Assembly: GCA_032718475.1 (NCBI GenBank)
Contig: JAUCBJ010002212.1
Location: 1-52,179 of the forward strand
DNA: 52,179 bases
Source: Nemertoderma westbladi
Taxonomy: Eukaryota > Animalia > Xenacoelomorpha
Reading direction: 5' to 3'
Under the pieces are notes generated by a model, which ran no database searches, was not told the DNA's origin, and saw nothing but the letters and a program-made list of their open reading frames with translations. Positions 26,301-41,300 of the stretch are shown one piece after another (the stretch's first letter is position 1; each line of letters opens with the position of its first letter). The translations under genes were made by a program, and so were the position numbers.

Positions 26301-29300
26301 TAATTGAGGGAGAGGTCACCTAACCACACAACTCACTCTTATCCAACCAAATAATTGAGGGAGAGGTCACCTAACCACACAACTCACTCTTATCCAACCA
26401 AATAATTGAGGGAGAGGTCACCTAACCACACAACTCACTCTTATCCAACCAAATAATTGAGGGAGAGGTCACCTAACCACACAACTCACTCTTATCCAAC
26501 CACATTGAGGGAGAGGTCACCTAACCACACAACTCACTCTTATCCAACCAAATAATTGAGGGAGAGGTCACCTAACCACACAACTCACTCTTATCCAACC
26601 AAATAATTGAGGGAGAGGTCACCTAACCACACAACTCACTCTTATCCAACCAAATAATTGAGGGAGAGGTCACCTAACCACACAACTCACTCTTATCCAA
26701 CCACATAATTGAGGGAGAGGTCACCTAACCACACAACTCACTCTTATCCAACCAAATAATTGAGGGAGAGGTCACCTAACCACACAACTCACTCTTATCC
26801 AACCACTAATTGAGGAGAGGTCACCTAACCACACAACTCACTCTTATCCAACCAATAATTGAGGGAGAGGTCACCTAACCACACAACTCACTCTTATCCA
26901 ACCAAATAATTGAGGGAGAGGTCACCTAACCACACAACTCACTCTTATCCAACCAAATAATTGAGGGAGAGGTCACCTAACCACACAACTCACTCTTATC
27001 CAACCAAATAATTGAGGGAGAGGTCACCTAACCACACAACTCACTCTTATCCAACCAAATAATTGAGGGAGAGGTCACCTAACCACACAACTCACTCTTA
27101 TCCAACCAAATAATTGAGGGAGAGGTCACCTAACCACACAACTCACTCTTATCCAACCAAATAATTGAGGGAGAGGTCACCTAACCACACAACTCACTCT
27201 TATCCAACCAAATAATTGAGGGAGAGGTCACCTAACCACACAACTCACTCTTATCCAACCAAATAATTGAGGGAGAGGTCACCTAACCACACAACTCACT
27301 CTTATCCAACCAAATAATTGAGGGAGAGGTCACCTAACCACACAACTCACTCTTATCCAACCACAATTGAGGGAGAGGTCACCTAACCACACAACTCACT
27401 CTTATCCAACCAAATAATTGAGGGAGAGGTCACCTAACCACACAACTCACTCTTATCCAACCAAATAATTGAGGGAGAGGTCACCTAACCACACAACTCA
27501 CTCTTATCCAACCAAATAATTGAGGGAGAGGTCACCTAACCACACAACTCACTCTTATCCAACCAAATAATTGAGGGAGAGGTCACCTAACCACACAACT
27601 CACTCTTATCCAACCAAATAATTGAGGGAGAGGTCACCTAACCACACAACTCACTCTTATCCAACCAAATAATTGAGGGAGAGGTCACCTAACCACACAA
27701 CTCACTCTTATCCAACCAAATAATTGAGGGAGAGGTCACCTAACCACACAACTCACTCTTATCCAACCAAATAATTGAGGGAGAGGTCACCTAACCACAC
27801 AACTCACTCTTATCCAACCAAATAATTGAGGGAGAGGTCACCTAACCACACAACTCACTCTTATCCAACCAAATAATTGAGGGAGAGGTCACCTAACCAC
27901 ACAACTCACTCTTATCCAACCAAATAATTGAGGGAGAGGTCACCTAACCACACAACTCACTCTTATCCAACCAAATAATTGAGGGAGAGGTCACCTAACC
28001 ACACAACTCACTCTTATCCAACCAAATAATTGAGGGAGAGGTCACCTAACCACACAACTCACTCTTATCCAACCACATTGAGAGAGGTCACCTAACCACA
28101 CAACTCACTCTTATCCAACCACATTGGGAGAGGTCACCTAACCACACAACTCACTCTTATCCAACCACATTGGAGAGGTCACCTAACCACACAACTCACT
28201 CTTATCCAACCACATTGGAGAGGTCACCTAACCACACAACTCACTCTTATCCAACCACATTGGAGAGGTCACCTAACCACACAACTCACTCTTATCCAAC
28301 CAAATAATTGAGGGAGAGGTCATCTAACCACACAACTCACTCTTATCCAACCAAATAATTGAGGGAGAGGTCACCTAACCACACAACTCACTCTTATCCA
28401 ACCACATTGGGAGAGGTCACCTAACCACACAACTCACTCTTATCCAACCACATTGGGAGAGGTCACCTAACCACACAACTCACTCTTATCCAACCACATT
28501 GGGAGAGGTCACCTAACCACACAACTCACTCTTATCCAACCACATTGAGGGAGAGGTCACCTAACCACACAACTCACTCTTATCCAACCACATTGAGGGA
28601 GAGGTCACCTAACCACACAACTCACTCTTATCCAACCACATTGGAGAGGTCACCTAACCACACAACTCACTCTTATCCAACCACATTGAGGGAGAGGTCA
28701 CCTAACCACACAACTCACTCTTATCCAACCACATTGGGAGAGGTCACCTAACCACACAACTCACTCTTATCCAACCAAACATTGAGGGAGAGGTCACCTA
28801 ACCACACAACTCACTCTTATCCAACCAAATAATTGAGGGAGAGGTCACCTAACCACACAACTCACTCTTATCCAACCAAATAATTGAGGGAGAGGTCACC
28901 TAACCACACAACTCACTCTTATCCAACCAAATAATTGAGGGAGAGGTCACCTAACCACACAACTCACTCTTATCCAACCAAATAATTGAGGGAGAGGTCA
29001 CCTAACCACACAACTCACTCTTATCCAACCAAATAATTGAGGGAGAGGTCACCTAACCACACAACTCACTCTTATCCAACCAAATAATTGAGGGAGAGGT
29101 CACCTAACCACACAACTCACTCTTATCCAACCAAATAATTGAGGGAGAGGTCACCTAACCACACAACTCACTCTTATCCAACCAAATAATTGAGGGAGAG
29201 GTCACCTAACCACACAACTCACTCTTATCCAACCAAATTGGGAGAGGTCACCTAACCACACAACTCACTCTTATCCAACCAAATTGGAGAGGTCACCTAA

Positions 29301-32300
29301 CCACACAACTCACTCTTATCCAACCAAATAATTGAGGGAGAGGTCACCTAACCACACAACTCACTCTTATCCAACCAAATAATTGAGGGAGAGGTCACCT
29401 AACCACACAACTCACTCTTATCCAACCAAATAATTGAGGGAGAGGTCACCTAACCACACAACTCACTCTTATCCAACCAAATTGGAGAGGTCACCTAACC
29501 ACACAACTCACTCTTATCCAACCAAATAATTGAGGGAGAGGTCACCTAACCACACAACTCACTCTTATCCAACCAAATTGGAGAGGTCACCTAACCACAC
29601 AACTCACTCTTATCCAACCACATTGGAGAGGTCACCTAACCACACAACTCACTCTTATCCAACCAAATAATTGAGGGAGAGGTCACCTAACCACACAACT
29701 CACTCTTATCCAACCAAATAATTGAGGGAGAGGTCACCTAACCACACAACTCACTCTTATCCAACCAAATAATTGAGGGAGAGGTCACCTAACCACACAA
29801 CTCACTCTTATCCAACCACATTGGAGAGGTCACCTAACCACACAACTCACTCTTATCCAACCAAATAATTGAGGGAGAGGTCACCTAACCACACAACTCA
29901 CTCTTATCCAACCAAATAATTGAGGGAGAGGTCACCTAACCACACAACTCACTCTTATCCAACCAAATAATTGAGGGAGAGGTCACCTAACCACACAACT
30001 CACTCTTATCCAACCAAATAATTGAGGGAGAGGTCACCTAACCACACAACTCACTCTTATCCAACCAAATAATTGAGGGAGAGGTCACCTAACCACACAA
30101 CTCACTCTTATCCAACCAAATAATTGAGGGAGAGGTCACCTAACCACACAACTCACTCTTATCCAACCAAATAATTGAGGGAGAGGTCACCTAACCACAC
30201 AACTCACTCTTATCCAACCAAATAATTGAGGGAGAGGTCATCTAACCACACAACTCACTCTTATCCAACCAAATAATTGAGGGAGAGGTCACCTAACCAC
30301 ACAACTCACTCTTATCCAACCAAATAATTGAGGGAGAGGTCACCTAACCACACAACTCACTCTTATCCAACCAAATAATTGAGGGAGAGGTCACCTAACC
30401 ACACAACTCACTCTTATCCAACCAAATAATTGAGGGAGAGGTCACCTAACCACACAACTCACTCTTATCCAACCAAATAATTGAGGGAGAGGTCACCTAA
30501 CCACACAACTCACTCTTATCCAACCAAATTGGGAGAGGTCACCTAACCACACAACTCACTCTTATCCAACCAAATTGGGAGAGGTCACCTAACCACACAA
30601 CTCACTCTTATCCAACCAAATTGGAGAGGTCACCTAACCACACAACTCACTCTTATCCAACCAAATAATTGAGGGAGAGGTCACCTAACCACACAACTCA
30701 CTCTTATCCAACCAAATAATTGAGGGAGAGGTCACCTAACCACACAACTCACTCTTATCCAACCAAATAATTGAGGGAGAGGTCACCTAACCACACAACT
30801 CACTCTTATCCAACCAAATAATTGAGGGAGAGGTCACCTAACCACACAACTCACTCTTATCCAACCAAATAATTGAGGGAGAGGTCACCTAACCACACAA
30901 CTCACTCTTATCCAACCAAATTGGGAGAGGTCACCTAACCACACAACTCACTCTTATCCAACCAAATTGGAGAGGTCACCTAACCACACAACTCACTCTT
31001 ATCCAACCAAATAATTGAGGGAGAGGTCACCTAACCACACAACTCACTCTTATCCAACCAAATAATTGAGGGAGAGGTCACCTAACCACACAACTCACTC
31101 TTATCCAACCAAATAATTGAGGGAGAGGTCACCTAACCACACAACTCACTCTTATCCAACCAAATAATTGAGGGAGAGGTCACCTAACCACACAACTCAC
31201 TCTTATCCAACCAAATAATTGAGGGAGAGGTCACCTAACCACACAACTCACTCTTATCCAACCAAATTGGAGAGGTCACCTAACCACACAACTCACTCTT
31301 ATCCAACCAAATAATTGAGGGAGAGGTCACCTAACCACACAACTCACTCTTATCCAACCAAATAATTGAGGGAGAGGTCACCTAACCACACAACTCACTC
31401 TTATCCAACCAAATAATTGAGGGAGAGGTCACCTAACCACACAACTCACTCTTATCCAACCAAATAATTGAGGGAGAGGTCACCTAACCACACAACTCAC
31501 TCTTATCCAACCAAATAATTGAGGGAGAGGTCACCTAACCACACAACTCACTCTTATCCAACCAAATAATTGAGGGAGAGGTCACCTAACCACACAACTC
31601 ACTCTTATCCAACCAAATTGAGGGAGAGGTCACCTAACCACACAACTCACTCTTATCCAACCAAATAATTGAGGGAGAGGTCACCTAACCACACAACTCA
31701 CTCTTATCCAACCAAATAATTGAGGGAGAGGTCACCTAACCACACAACTCACTCTTATCCAACCAAATTGGGAGAGGTCACCTAACCACACAACTCACTC
31801 TTATCCAACCAAATTGGGAGAGGTCACCTAACCACACAACTCACTCTTATCCAACCAAATAATTGAGGGAGAGGTCACCTAACCACACAACTCACTCTTA
31901 TCCAACCAATAATTGGGAGAGGTCACCTAACCACACAACTCACTCTTATCCAACCAAATTGGGAGAGGTCACCTAACCACACAACTCACTCTTATCCAAC
32001 CAAATAATTGAGGGAGAGGTCACCTAACCACACAACTCACTCTTATCCAACCAAATAATTGAGGGAGAGGTCACCTAACCACACAACTCACTCTTATCCA
32101 ACCAAATAATTGAGGGAGAGGTCACCTAACCACACAACTCACTCTTATCCAACCAAATAATTGAGGGAGAGGTCACCTAACCACACAACTCACTCTTATC
32201 CAACCAAATAATTGAGGGAGAGGTCACCTAACCACACAACTCACTCTTATCCAACCAAATAATTGAGGGAGAGGTCACCTAACCACACAACTCACTCTTA

Positions 32301-35300
32301 TCCAACCAAATAATTGAGGGAGAGGTCACCTAACCACACAACTCACTCTTATCCAACCAAATTGGGAGAGGTCACCTAACCACACAACTCACTCTTATCC
32401 AACCAAATAATTGAGGGAGAGGTCACCTAACCACACAACTCACTCTTATCCAACCAAATAATTGAGGGAGAGGTCACCTAACCACACAACTCACTCTTAT
32501 CCAACCAAATAATTGAGGGAGAGGTCACCTAACCACACAACTCACTCTTATCCAACCAAATAATTGAGGGAGAGGTCACCTAACCACACAACTCACTCTT
32601 ATCCAACCACATTGGAGAGGTCACCTAACCACACAACTCACTCTTATCCAACCAAATAATTGAGGGAGAGGTCACCTAACCACACAACTCACTCTTATCC
32701 AACCAAATAATTGAGGGAGAGGTCACCTAACCACACAACTCACTCTTATCCAACCAAATAATTGAGGGAGAGGTCACCTAACCACACAACTCACTCTTAT
32801 CCAACCAAATAATTGAGGGAGAGGTCACCTAACCACACAACTCACTCTTATCCAACCACATTGGAGAGGTCACCTAACCACACAACTCACTCTTATCCAA
32901 CCACAATTGAGGGAGAGGTCACCTAACCACACAACTCACTCTTATCCAACCAAATAATTGAGGGAGAGGTCACCTAACCACACAACTCACTCTTATCCAA
33001 CCAAATAATTGAGGGAGAGGTCACCTAACCACACAACTCACTCTTATCCAACCAAATTGGGAGAGGTCACCTAACCACACAACTCACTCTTATCCAACCA
33101 CATTGGAGAGGTCACCTAACCACACAACTCACTCTTATCCAACCAAATAATTGAGGGAGAGGTCACCTAACCACACAACTCACTCTTATCCAACCACATT
33201 GGGAGAGGTCACCTAACCACACAACTCACTCTTATCCAACCACATTGGAGAGGTCACCTAACCACACAACTCACTCTTATCCAACCACAATTGAGGAGAG
33301 GTCACCTAACCACACAACTCACTCTTATCCAACCAAATAATTGAGGGAGAGGTCACCTAACCACACAACTCACTCTTATCCAACCACATTGGAGAGGTCA
33401 CCTAACCACACAACTCACTCTTATCCAACCAAATAATTGAGGGAGAGGTCACCTAACCACACAACTCACTCTTATCCAACCACATTGGAGAGGTCACCTA
33501 ACCACACAACTCACTCTTATCCAACCAAATAATTGAGGGAGAGGTCACCTAACCACACAACTCACTCTTATCCAACCAAATAATTGAGGGAGAGGTCACC
33601 TAACCACACAACTCACTCTTATCCAACCACATTGGAGAGGTCACCTAACCACACAACTCACTCTTATCCAACCACATTGGAGAGGTCACCTAACCACACA
33701 ACTCACTCTTATCCAACCAAATAATTGAGGGAGAGGTCACCTAACCACACAACTCACTCTTATCCAACCACATTGGAGAGGTCACCTAACCACACAACTC
33801 ACTCTTATCCAACCAAATAATTGAGGGAGAGGTCACCTAACCACACAACTCACTCTTATCCAACCAAATAATTGAGGGAGAGGTCACCTAACCACACAAC
33901 TCACTCTTATCCAACCACATTGGAGAGGTCACCTAACCACACAACTCACTCTTATCCAACCACATTGGAGAGGTCACCTAACCACACAACTCACTCTTAT
34001 CCAACCAAATAATTGAGGGAGAGGTCACCTAACCACACAACTCACTCTTATCCAACCAAATAATTGAGGGAGAGGTCACCTAACCACACAACTCACTCTT
34101 ATCCAACCAAATAATTGAGGGAGAGGTCACCTAACCACACAACTCACTCTTATCCAACCACATTGGAGAGGTCACCTAACCACACAACTCACTCTTATCC
34201 AACCACATTGGAGAGGTCACCTAACCACACAACTCACTCTTATCCAACCAAATAATTGAGGGAGAGGTCACCTAACCACACAACTCACTCTTATCCAACC
34301 ACATTGGAGAGGTCACCTAACCACACAACTCACTCTTATCCAACCAAATATTGAGGGAGAGGTCACCTAACCACACAACTCACTCTTATCCAACCAAATA
34401 ATTGAGGGAGAGGTCACCTAACCACACAACTCACTCTTATCCAACCAAATAATTGAGGGAGAGGTCACCTAACCACACAACTCACTCTTATCCAACCAAA
34501 TAATTGAGGGAGAGGTCACCTAACCACACAACTCACTCTTATCCAACCACATTGGAGAGGTCACCTAACCACACAACTCACTCTTATCCAACCACATTGG
34601 AGAGGTCACCTAACCACACAACTCACTCTTATCCAACCAAATAATTGAGGGAGAGGTCACCTAACCACACAACTCACTCTTATCCAACCAAATAATTGAG
34701 GGAGAGGTCACCTAACCACACAACTCACTCTTATCCAACCAAATAATTGAGGGAGAGGTCACCTAACCACACAACTCACTCTTATCCAACCAAATAATTG
34801 AGGGAGAGGTCACCTAACCACACAACTCACTCTTATCCAACCACATTGGAGAGGTCACCTAACCACACAACTCACTCTTATCCAACCAAATAATTGAGGG
34901 AGAGGTCACCTAACCACACAACTCACTCTTATCCAACCAAATAATTGAGGGAGAGGTCACCTAACCACACAACTCACTCTTATCCAACCAAATAATTGAG
35001 GGAGAGGTCACCTAACCACACAACTCACTCTTATCCAACCAAATAATTGAGGGAGAGGTCACCTAACCACACAACTCACTCTTATCCAACCAAATAATTG
35101 AGGGAGAGGTCACCTAACCACACAACTCACTCTTATCCAACCAAATAATTGAGGGAGAGGTCACCTAACCACACAACTCACTCTTATCCAACCAAATAAT
35201 TGAGGGAGAGGTCACCTAACCACACAACTCACTCTTATCCAACCAAATTGGAGAGGTCACCTAACCACACAACTCACTCTTATCCAACCAAATAATTGAG

Positions 35301-38300
35301 GGAGAGGTCACCTAACCACACAACTCACTCTTATCCAACCAAATAATTGAGGGAGAGGTCACCTAACCACACAACTCACTCTTATCCAACCAAATAATTG
35401 AGGGAGAGGTCATCTAACCACACAACTCACTCTTATCCAACCAAATAATTGAGGGAGAGGTCACCTAACCACACAACTCACTCTTATCCAACCAAATAAT
35501 TGAGGGAGAGGTCACCTAACCACACAACTCACTCTTATCCAACCAAATAATTGAGGGAGAGGTCACCTAACCACACAACTCACTCTTATCCAACCAAATA
35601 ATTGAGGGAGAGGTCACCTAACCACACAACTCACTCTTATCCAACCAAATAATTGAGGGAGAGGTCACCTAACCACACAACTCACTCTTATCCAACCAAA
35701 TAATTGAGGGAGAGGTCACCTAACCACACAACTCACTCTTATCCAACCAAATAATTGAGGGAGAGGTCACCTAACCACACAACTCACTCTTATCCAACCA
35801 AATAATTGAGGGAGAGGTCACCTAACCACACAACTCACTCTTATCCAACCAAATAATTGAGGGAGAGGTCATCTAACCACACAACTCACTCTTATCCAAC
35901 CAAATAATTGAGGGAGAGGTCACCTAACCACACAACTCACTCTTATCCAACCAAATAATTGAGGGAGAGGTCACCTAACCACACAACTCACTCTTATCCA
36001 ACCAAATAATTGAGGGAGAGGTCACCTAACCACACAACTCACTCTTATCCAACCAAATAATTGAGGGAGAGGTCACCTAACCACACAACTCACTCTTATC
36101 CAACCACATTGGGGAGAGGTCACCTAACCACACAACTCACTCTTATCCAACCAAATAATTGAGGGAGAGGTCACCTAACCACACAACTCACTCTTATCCA
36201 ACCAAATAATTGAGGGAGAGGTCATCTAACCACACAACTCACTCTTATCCAACCACAATTGGGAGAGGTCACCTAACCACACAACTCACTCTTATCCAAC
36301 CAAATAATTGAGGGAGAGGTCACCTAACCACACAACTCACTCTTATCCAACCAAATAATTGAGGGAGAGGTCACCTAACCACACAACTCACTCTTATCCA
36401 ACCACATTGGAGAGGTCACCTAACCACACAACTCACTCTTATCCAACCAAATAATTGAGGGAGAGGTCACCTAACCACACAACTCACTCTTATCCAACCA
36501 AATAATTGAGGGAGAGGTCACCTAACCACACAACTCACTCTTATCCAACCAAATAATTGAGGGAGAGGTCACCTAACCACACAACTCACTCTTATCCAAC
36601 CAAATAATTGAGGGAGAGGTCACCTAACCACACAACTCACTCTTATCCAACCAAATAATTGAGGGAGAGGTCACCTAACCACACAACTCACTCTTATCCA
36701 ACCAAATAATTGAGGGAGAGGTCACCTAACCACACAACTCACTCTTATCCAACCAAATAATTGAGGGAGAGGTCACCTAACCACACAACTCACTCTTATC
36801 CAACCAAATAATTGAGGGAGAGGTCACCTAACCACACAACTCACTCTTATCCAACCAAATAATTGAGGGAGAGGTCACCTAACCACACAACTCACTCTTA
36901 TCCAACCAAATAATTGAGGGAGAGGTCACCTAACCACACAACTCACTCTTATCCAACCAAATAATTGAGGGAGAGGTCACCTAACCACACAACTCACTCT
37001 TATCCAACCAAATAATTGAGGGAGAGGTCACCTAACCACACAACTCACTCTTATCCAACCAAATAATTGAGGGAGAGGTCATCTAACCACACAACTCACT
37101 CTTATCCAACCAAATAATTGAGGGAGAGGTCACCTAACCACACAACTCACTCTTATCCAACCAAATAATTGAGGGAGAGGTCATCTAACCACACAACTCA
37201 CTCTTATCCAACCAAATAATTGAGGGAGAGGTCACCTAACCACACAACTCACTCTTATCCAACCAAATAATTGAGGGAGAGGTCACCTAACCACACAACT
37301 CACTCTTATCCAACCAAATAATTGAGGGAGAGGTCACCTAACCACACAACTCACTCTTATCCAACCAAATAATTGAGGGAGAGGTCATCTAACCACACAA
37401 CTCACTCTTATCCAACCAAATAATTGAGGGAGAGGTCATCTAACCACACAACTCACTCTTATCCAACCAAATAATTGAGGGAGAGGTCATCTAACCACAC
37501 AACTCACTCTTATCCAACCAAATAATTGAGGGAGAGGTCACCTAACCACACAACTCACTCTTATCCAACCAAATAATTGAGGGAGAGGTCACCTAACCAC
37601 ACAACTCACTCTTATCCAACCAAATAATTGAGGGAGAGGTCACCTAACCACACAACTCACTCTTATCCAACCAAATAATTGAGGGAGAGGTCACCTAACC
37701 ACACAACTCACTCTTATCCAACCAAATAATTGAGGGAGAGGTCATCTAACCACACAACTCACTCTTATCCAACCAAATAATTGAGGGAGAGGTCACCTAA
37801 CCACACAACTCACTCTTATCCAACCAAATAATTGAGGGAGAGGTCACCTAACCACACAACTCACTCTTATCCAACCAAATAATTGAGGGAGAGGTCACCT
37901 AACCACACAACTCACTCTTATCCAACCAAATAATTGAGGGAGAGGTCACCTAACCACACAACTCACTCTTATCCAACCAAATAATTGAGGGAGAGGTCAC
38001 CTAACCACACAACTCACTCTTATCCAACCAAATAATTGAGGGAGAGGTCACCTAACCACACAACTCACTCTTATCCAACCAAATAATTGAGGGAGAGGTC
38101 ACCTAACCACACAACTCACTCTTATCCAACCAAATAATTGAGGGAGAGGTCACCTAACCACACAACTCACTCTTATCCAACCAAATAATTGAGGGAGAGG
38201 TCATCTAACCACACAACTCACTCTTATCCAACCAAATAATTGAGGGAGAGGTCACCTAACCACACAACTCACTCTTATCCAACCAAATAATTGAGGGAGA

Positions 38301-41300
38301 GGTCACCTAACCACACAACTCACTCTTATCCAACCAAATAATTGAGGGAGAGGTCATCTAACCACACAACTCACTCTTATCCAACCAAATAATTGAGGGA
38401 GAGGTCACCTAACCACACAACTCACTCTTATCCAACCAAATAATTGAGGGAGAGGTCATCTAACCACACAACTCACTCTTATCCAACCAAATAATTGAGG
38501 GAGAGGTCACCTAACCACACAACTCACTCTTATCCAACCAAATAATTGAGGGAGAGGTCACCTAACCACACAACTCACTCTTATCCAACCAAATAATTGA
38601 GGGAGAGGTCACCTAACCACACAACTCACTCTTATCCAACCAAATAATTGAGGGAGAGGTCACCTAACCACACAACTCACTCTTATCCAACCAAATAATT
38701 GAGGGAGAGGTCACCTAACCACACAACTCACTCTTATCCAACCAAATAATTGAGGGAGAGGTCACCTAACCACACAACTCACTCTTATCCAACCAAATAA
38801 TTGAGGGAGAGGTCACCTAACCACACAACTCACTCTTATCCAACCAAATAATTGAGGGAGAGGTCACCTAACCACACAACTCACTCTTATCCAACCAAAT
38901 AATTGAGGGAGAGGTCACCTAACCACACAACTCACTCTTATCCAACCAAATAATTGAGGGAGAGGTCACCTAACCACACAACTCACTCTTATCCAACCAA
39001 TAATTGAGGGAGAGGTCACCTAACCACACAACTCACTCTTATCCAACCAAATAATTGAGGGAGAGGTCACCTAACCACACAACTCACTCTTATCCAACCA
39101 AATAATTGAGGGAGAGGTCACCTAACCACACAACTCACTCTTATCCAACCAAATAATTGAGGGAGAGGTCACCTAACCACACAACTCACTCTTATCCAAC
39201 CAAATAATTGAGGGAGAGGTCACCTAACCACACAACTCACTCTTATCCAACCAAATAATTGAGGGAGAGGTCACCTAACCACACAACTCACTCTTATCCA
39301 ACCAAATAATTGAGGGAGAGGTCACCTAACCACACAACTCACTCTTATCCAACCAAATAATTGAGGGAGAGGTCACCTAACCACACAACTCACTCTTATC
39401 CAACCAAATAATTGAGGGAGAGGTCACCTAACCACACAACTCACTCTTATCCAACCAAATAATTGAGGGAGAGGTCACCTAACCACACAACTCACTCTTA
39501 TCCAACCAAATAATTGAGGGAGAGGTCACCTAACCACACAACTCACTCTTATCCAACCAAATAATTGAGGGAGAGGTCACCTAACCACACAACTCACTCT
39601 TATCCAACCAAATAATTGAGGGAGAGGTCATCTAACCACACAACTCACTCTTATCCAACCAAATAATTGAGGGAGAGGTCACCTAACCACACAACTCACT
39701 CTTATCCAACCAAATAATTGAGGGAGAGGTCACCTAACCACACAACTCACTCTTATCCAACCAAATAATTGAGGGAGAGGTCACCTAACCACACAACTCA
39801 CTCTTATCCAACCAAATAATTGAGGGAGAGGTCACCTAACCACACAACTCACTCTTATCCAACCAAATTGAGGGAGAGGTCACCTAACCACACAACTCAC
39901 TCTTATCCAACCAATAATTGAGGGAGAGGTCACCTAACCACACAACTCACTCTTATCCAACCAAATAATTGAGGGAGAGGTCACCTAACCACACAACTCA
40001 CTCTTATCCAACCAAATAATTGAGGGAGAGGTCATCTAACCACACAACTCACTCTTATCCAACCAATATTGAGGGAGAGGTCACCTAACCACACAACTCA
40101 CTCTTATCCAACCAAATAATTGAGGGAGAGGTCACCTAACCACACAACTCACTCTTATCCAACCAAATAATTGAGGGAGAGGTCATCTAACCACACAACT
40201 CACTCTTATCCAACCAAATTGGGAGAGGTCACCTAACCACACAACTCACTCTTATCCAACCAAATAATTGAGGGAGAGGTCACCTAACCACACAACTCAC
40301 TCTTATCCAACCATAATTGAGGGAGAGGTCACCTAACCACACAACTCACTCTTATCCAACCAAATAATTGAGGGAGAGGTCACCTAACCACACAACTCAC
40401 TCTTATCCAACCAAATAATTGAGGGAGAGGTCACCTAACCACACAACTCACTCTTATCCAACCAAATAATTGAGGGAGAGGTCACCTAACCACACAACTC
40501 ACTCTTATCCAACCAAATAATTGAGGGAGAGGTCACCTAACCACACAACTCACTCTTATCCAACCAAATAATTGAGGGAGAGGTCACCTAACCACACAAC
40601 TCACTCTTATCCAACCAAATAATTGAGGGAGAGGTCACCTAACCACACAACTCACTCTTATCCAACCAAATAATTGAGGGAGAGGTCACCTAACCACACA
40701 ACTCACTCTTATCCAACCAAATAATTGAGGGAGAGGTCATCTAACCACACAACTCACTCTTATCCAACCACATTGGAGAGGTCACCTAACCACACAACTC
40801 ACTCTTATCCAACCAACTATTGAGGAGAGGTCACCTAACCACACAACTCACTCTTATCCAACCAAATAATTGAGGAGAGGTCACCTAACCACACAACTCA
40901 CTCTTATCCAACCAAATAATTGAGGAGAGGTCACCTAACCACACAACTCACTCTTATCCAACCACAATTGAGGAGAGGTCACCTAACCACACAACTCACT
41001 CTTATCCAACCAAATAATTGGAGAGGTCACCTAACCACACAACTCACTCTTATCCAACCTACATTGGAGAGGTCACCTAACCACACAACTCACTCTTATC
41101 CAACCTACATTGGAGAGGTCACCTAACCACACAACTCACTCTTATCCAACCAAATAATTGAGGGAGAGGTCACCTAACCACACAACTCACTCTTATCCAA
41201 CCAAATAATTGAGGGAGAGGTCACCTAACCACACAACTCACTCTTATCCAACCAAATTGAGGGAGAGGTCACCTAACCACACAACTCACTCTTATCCAAC

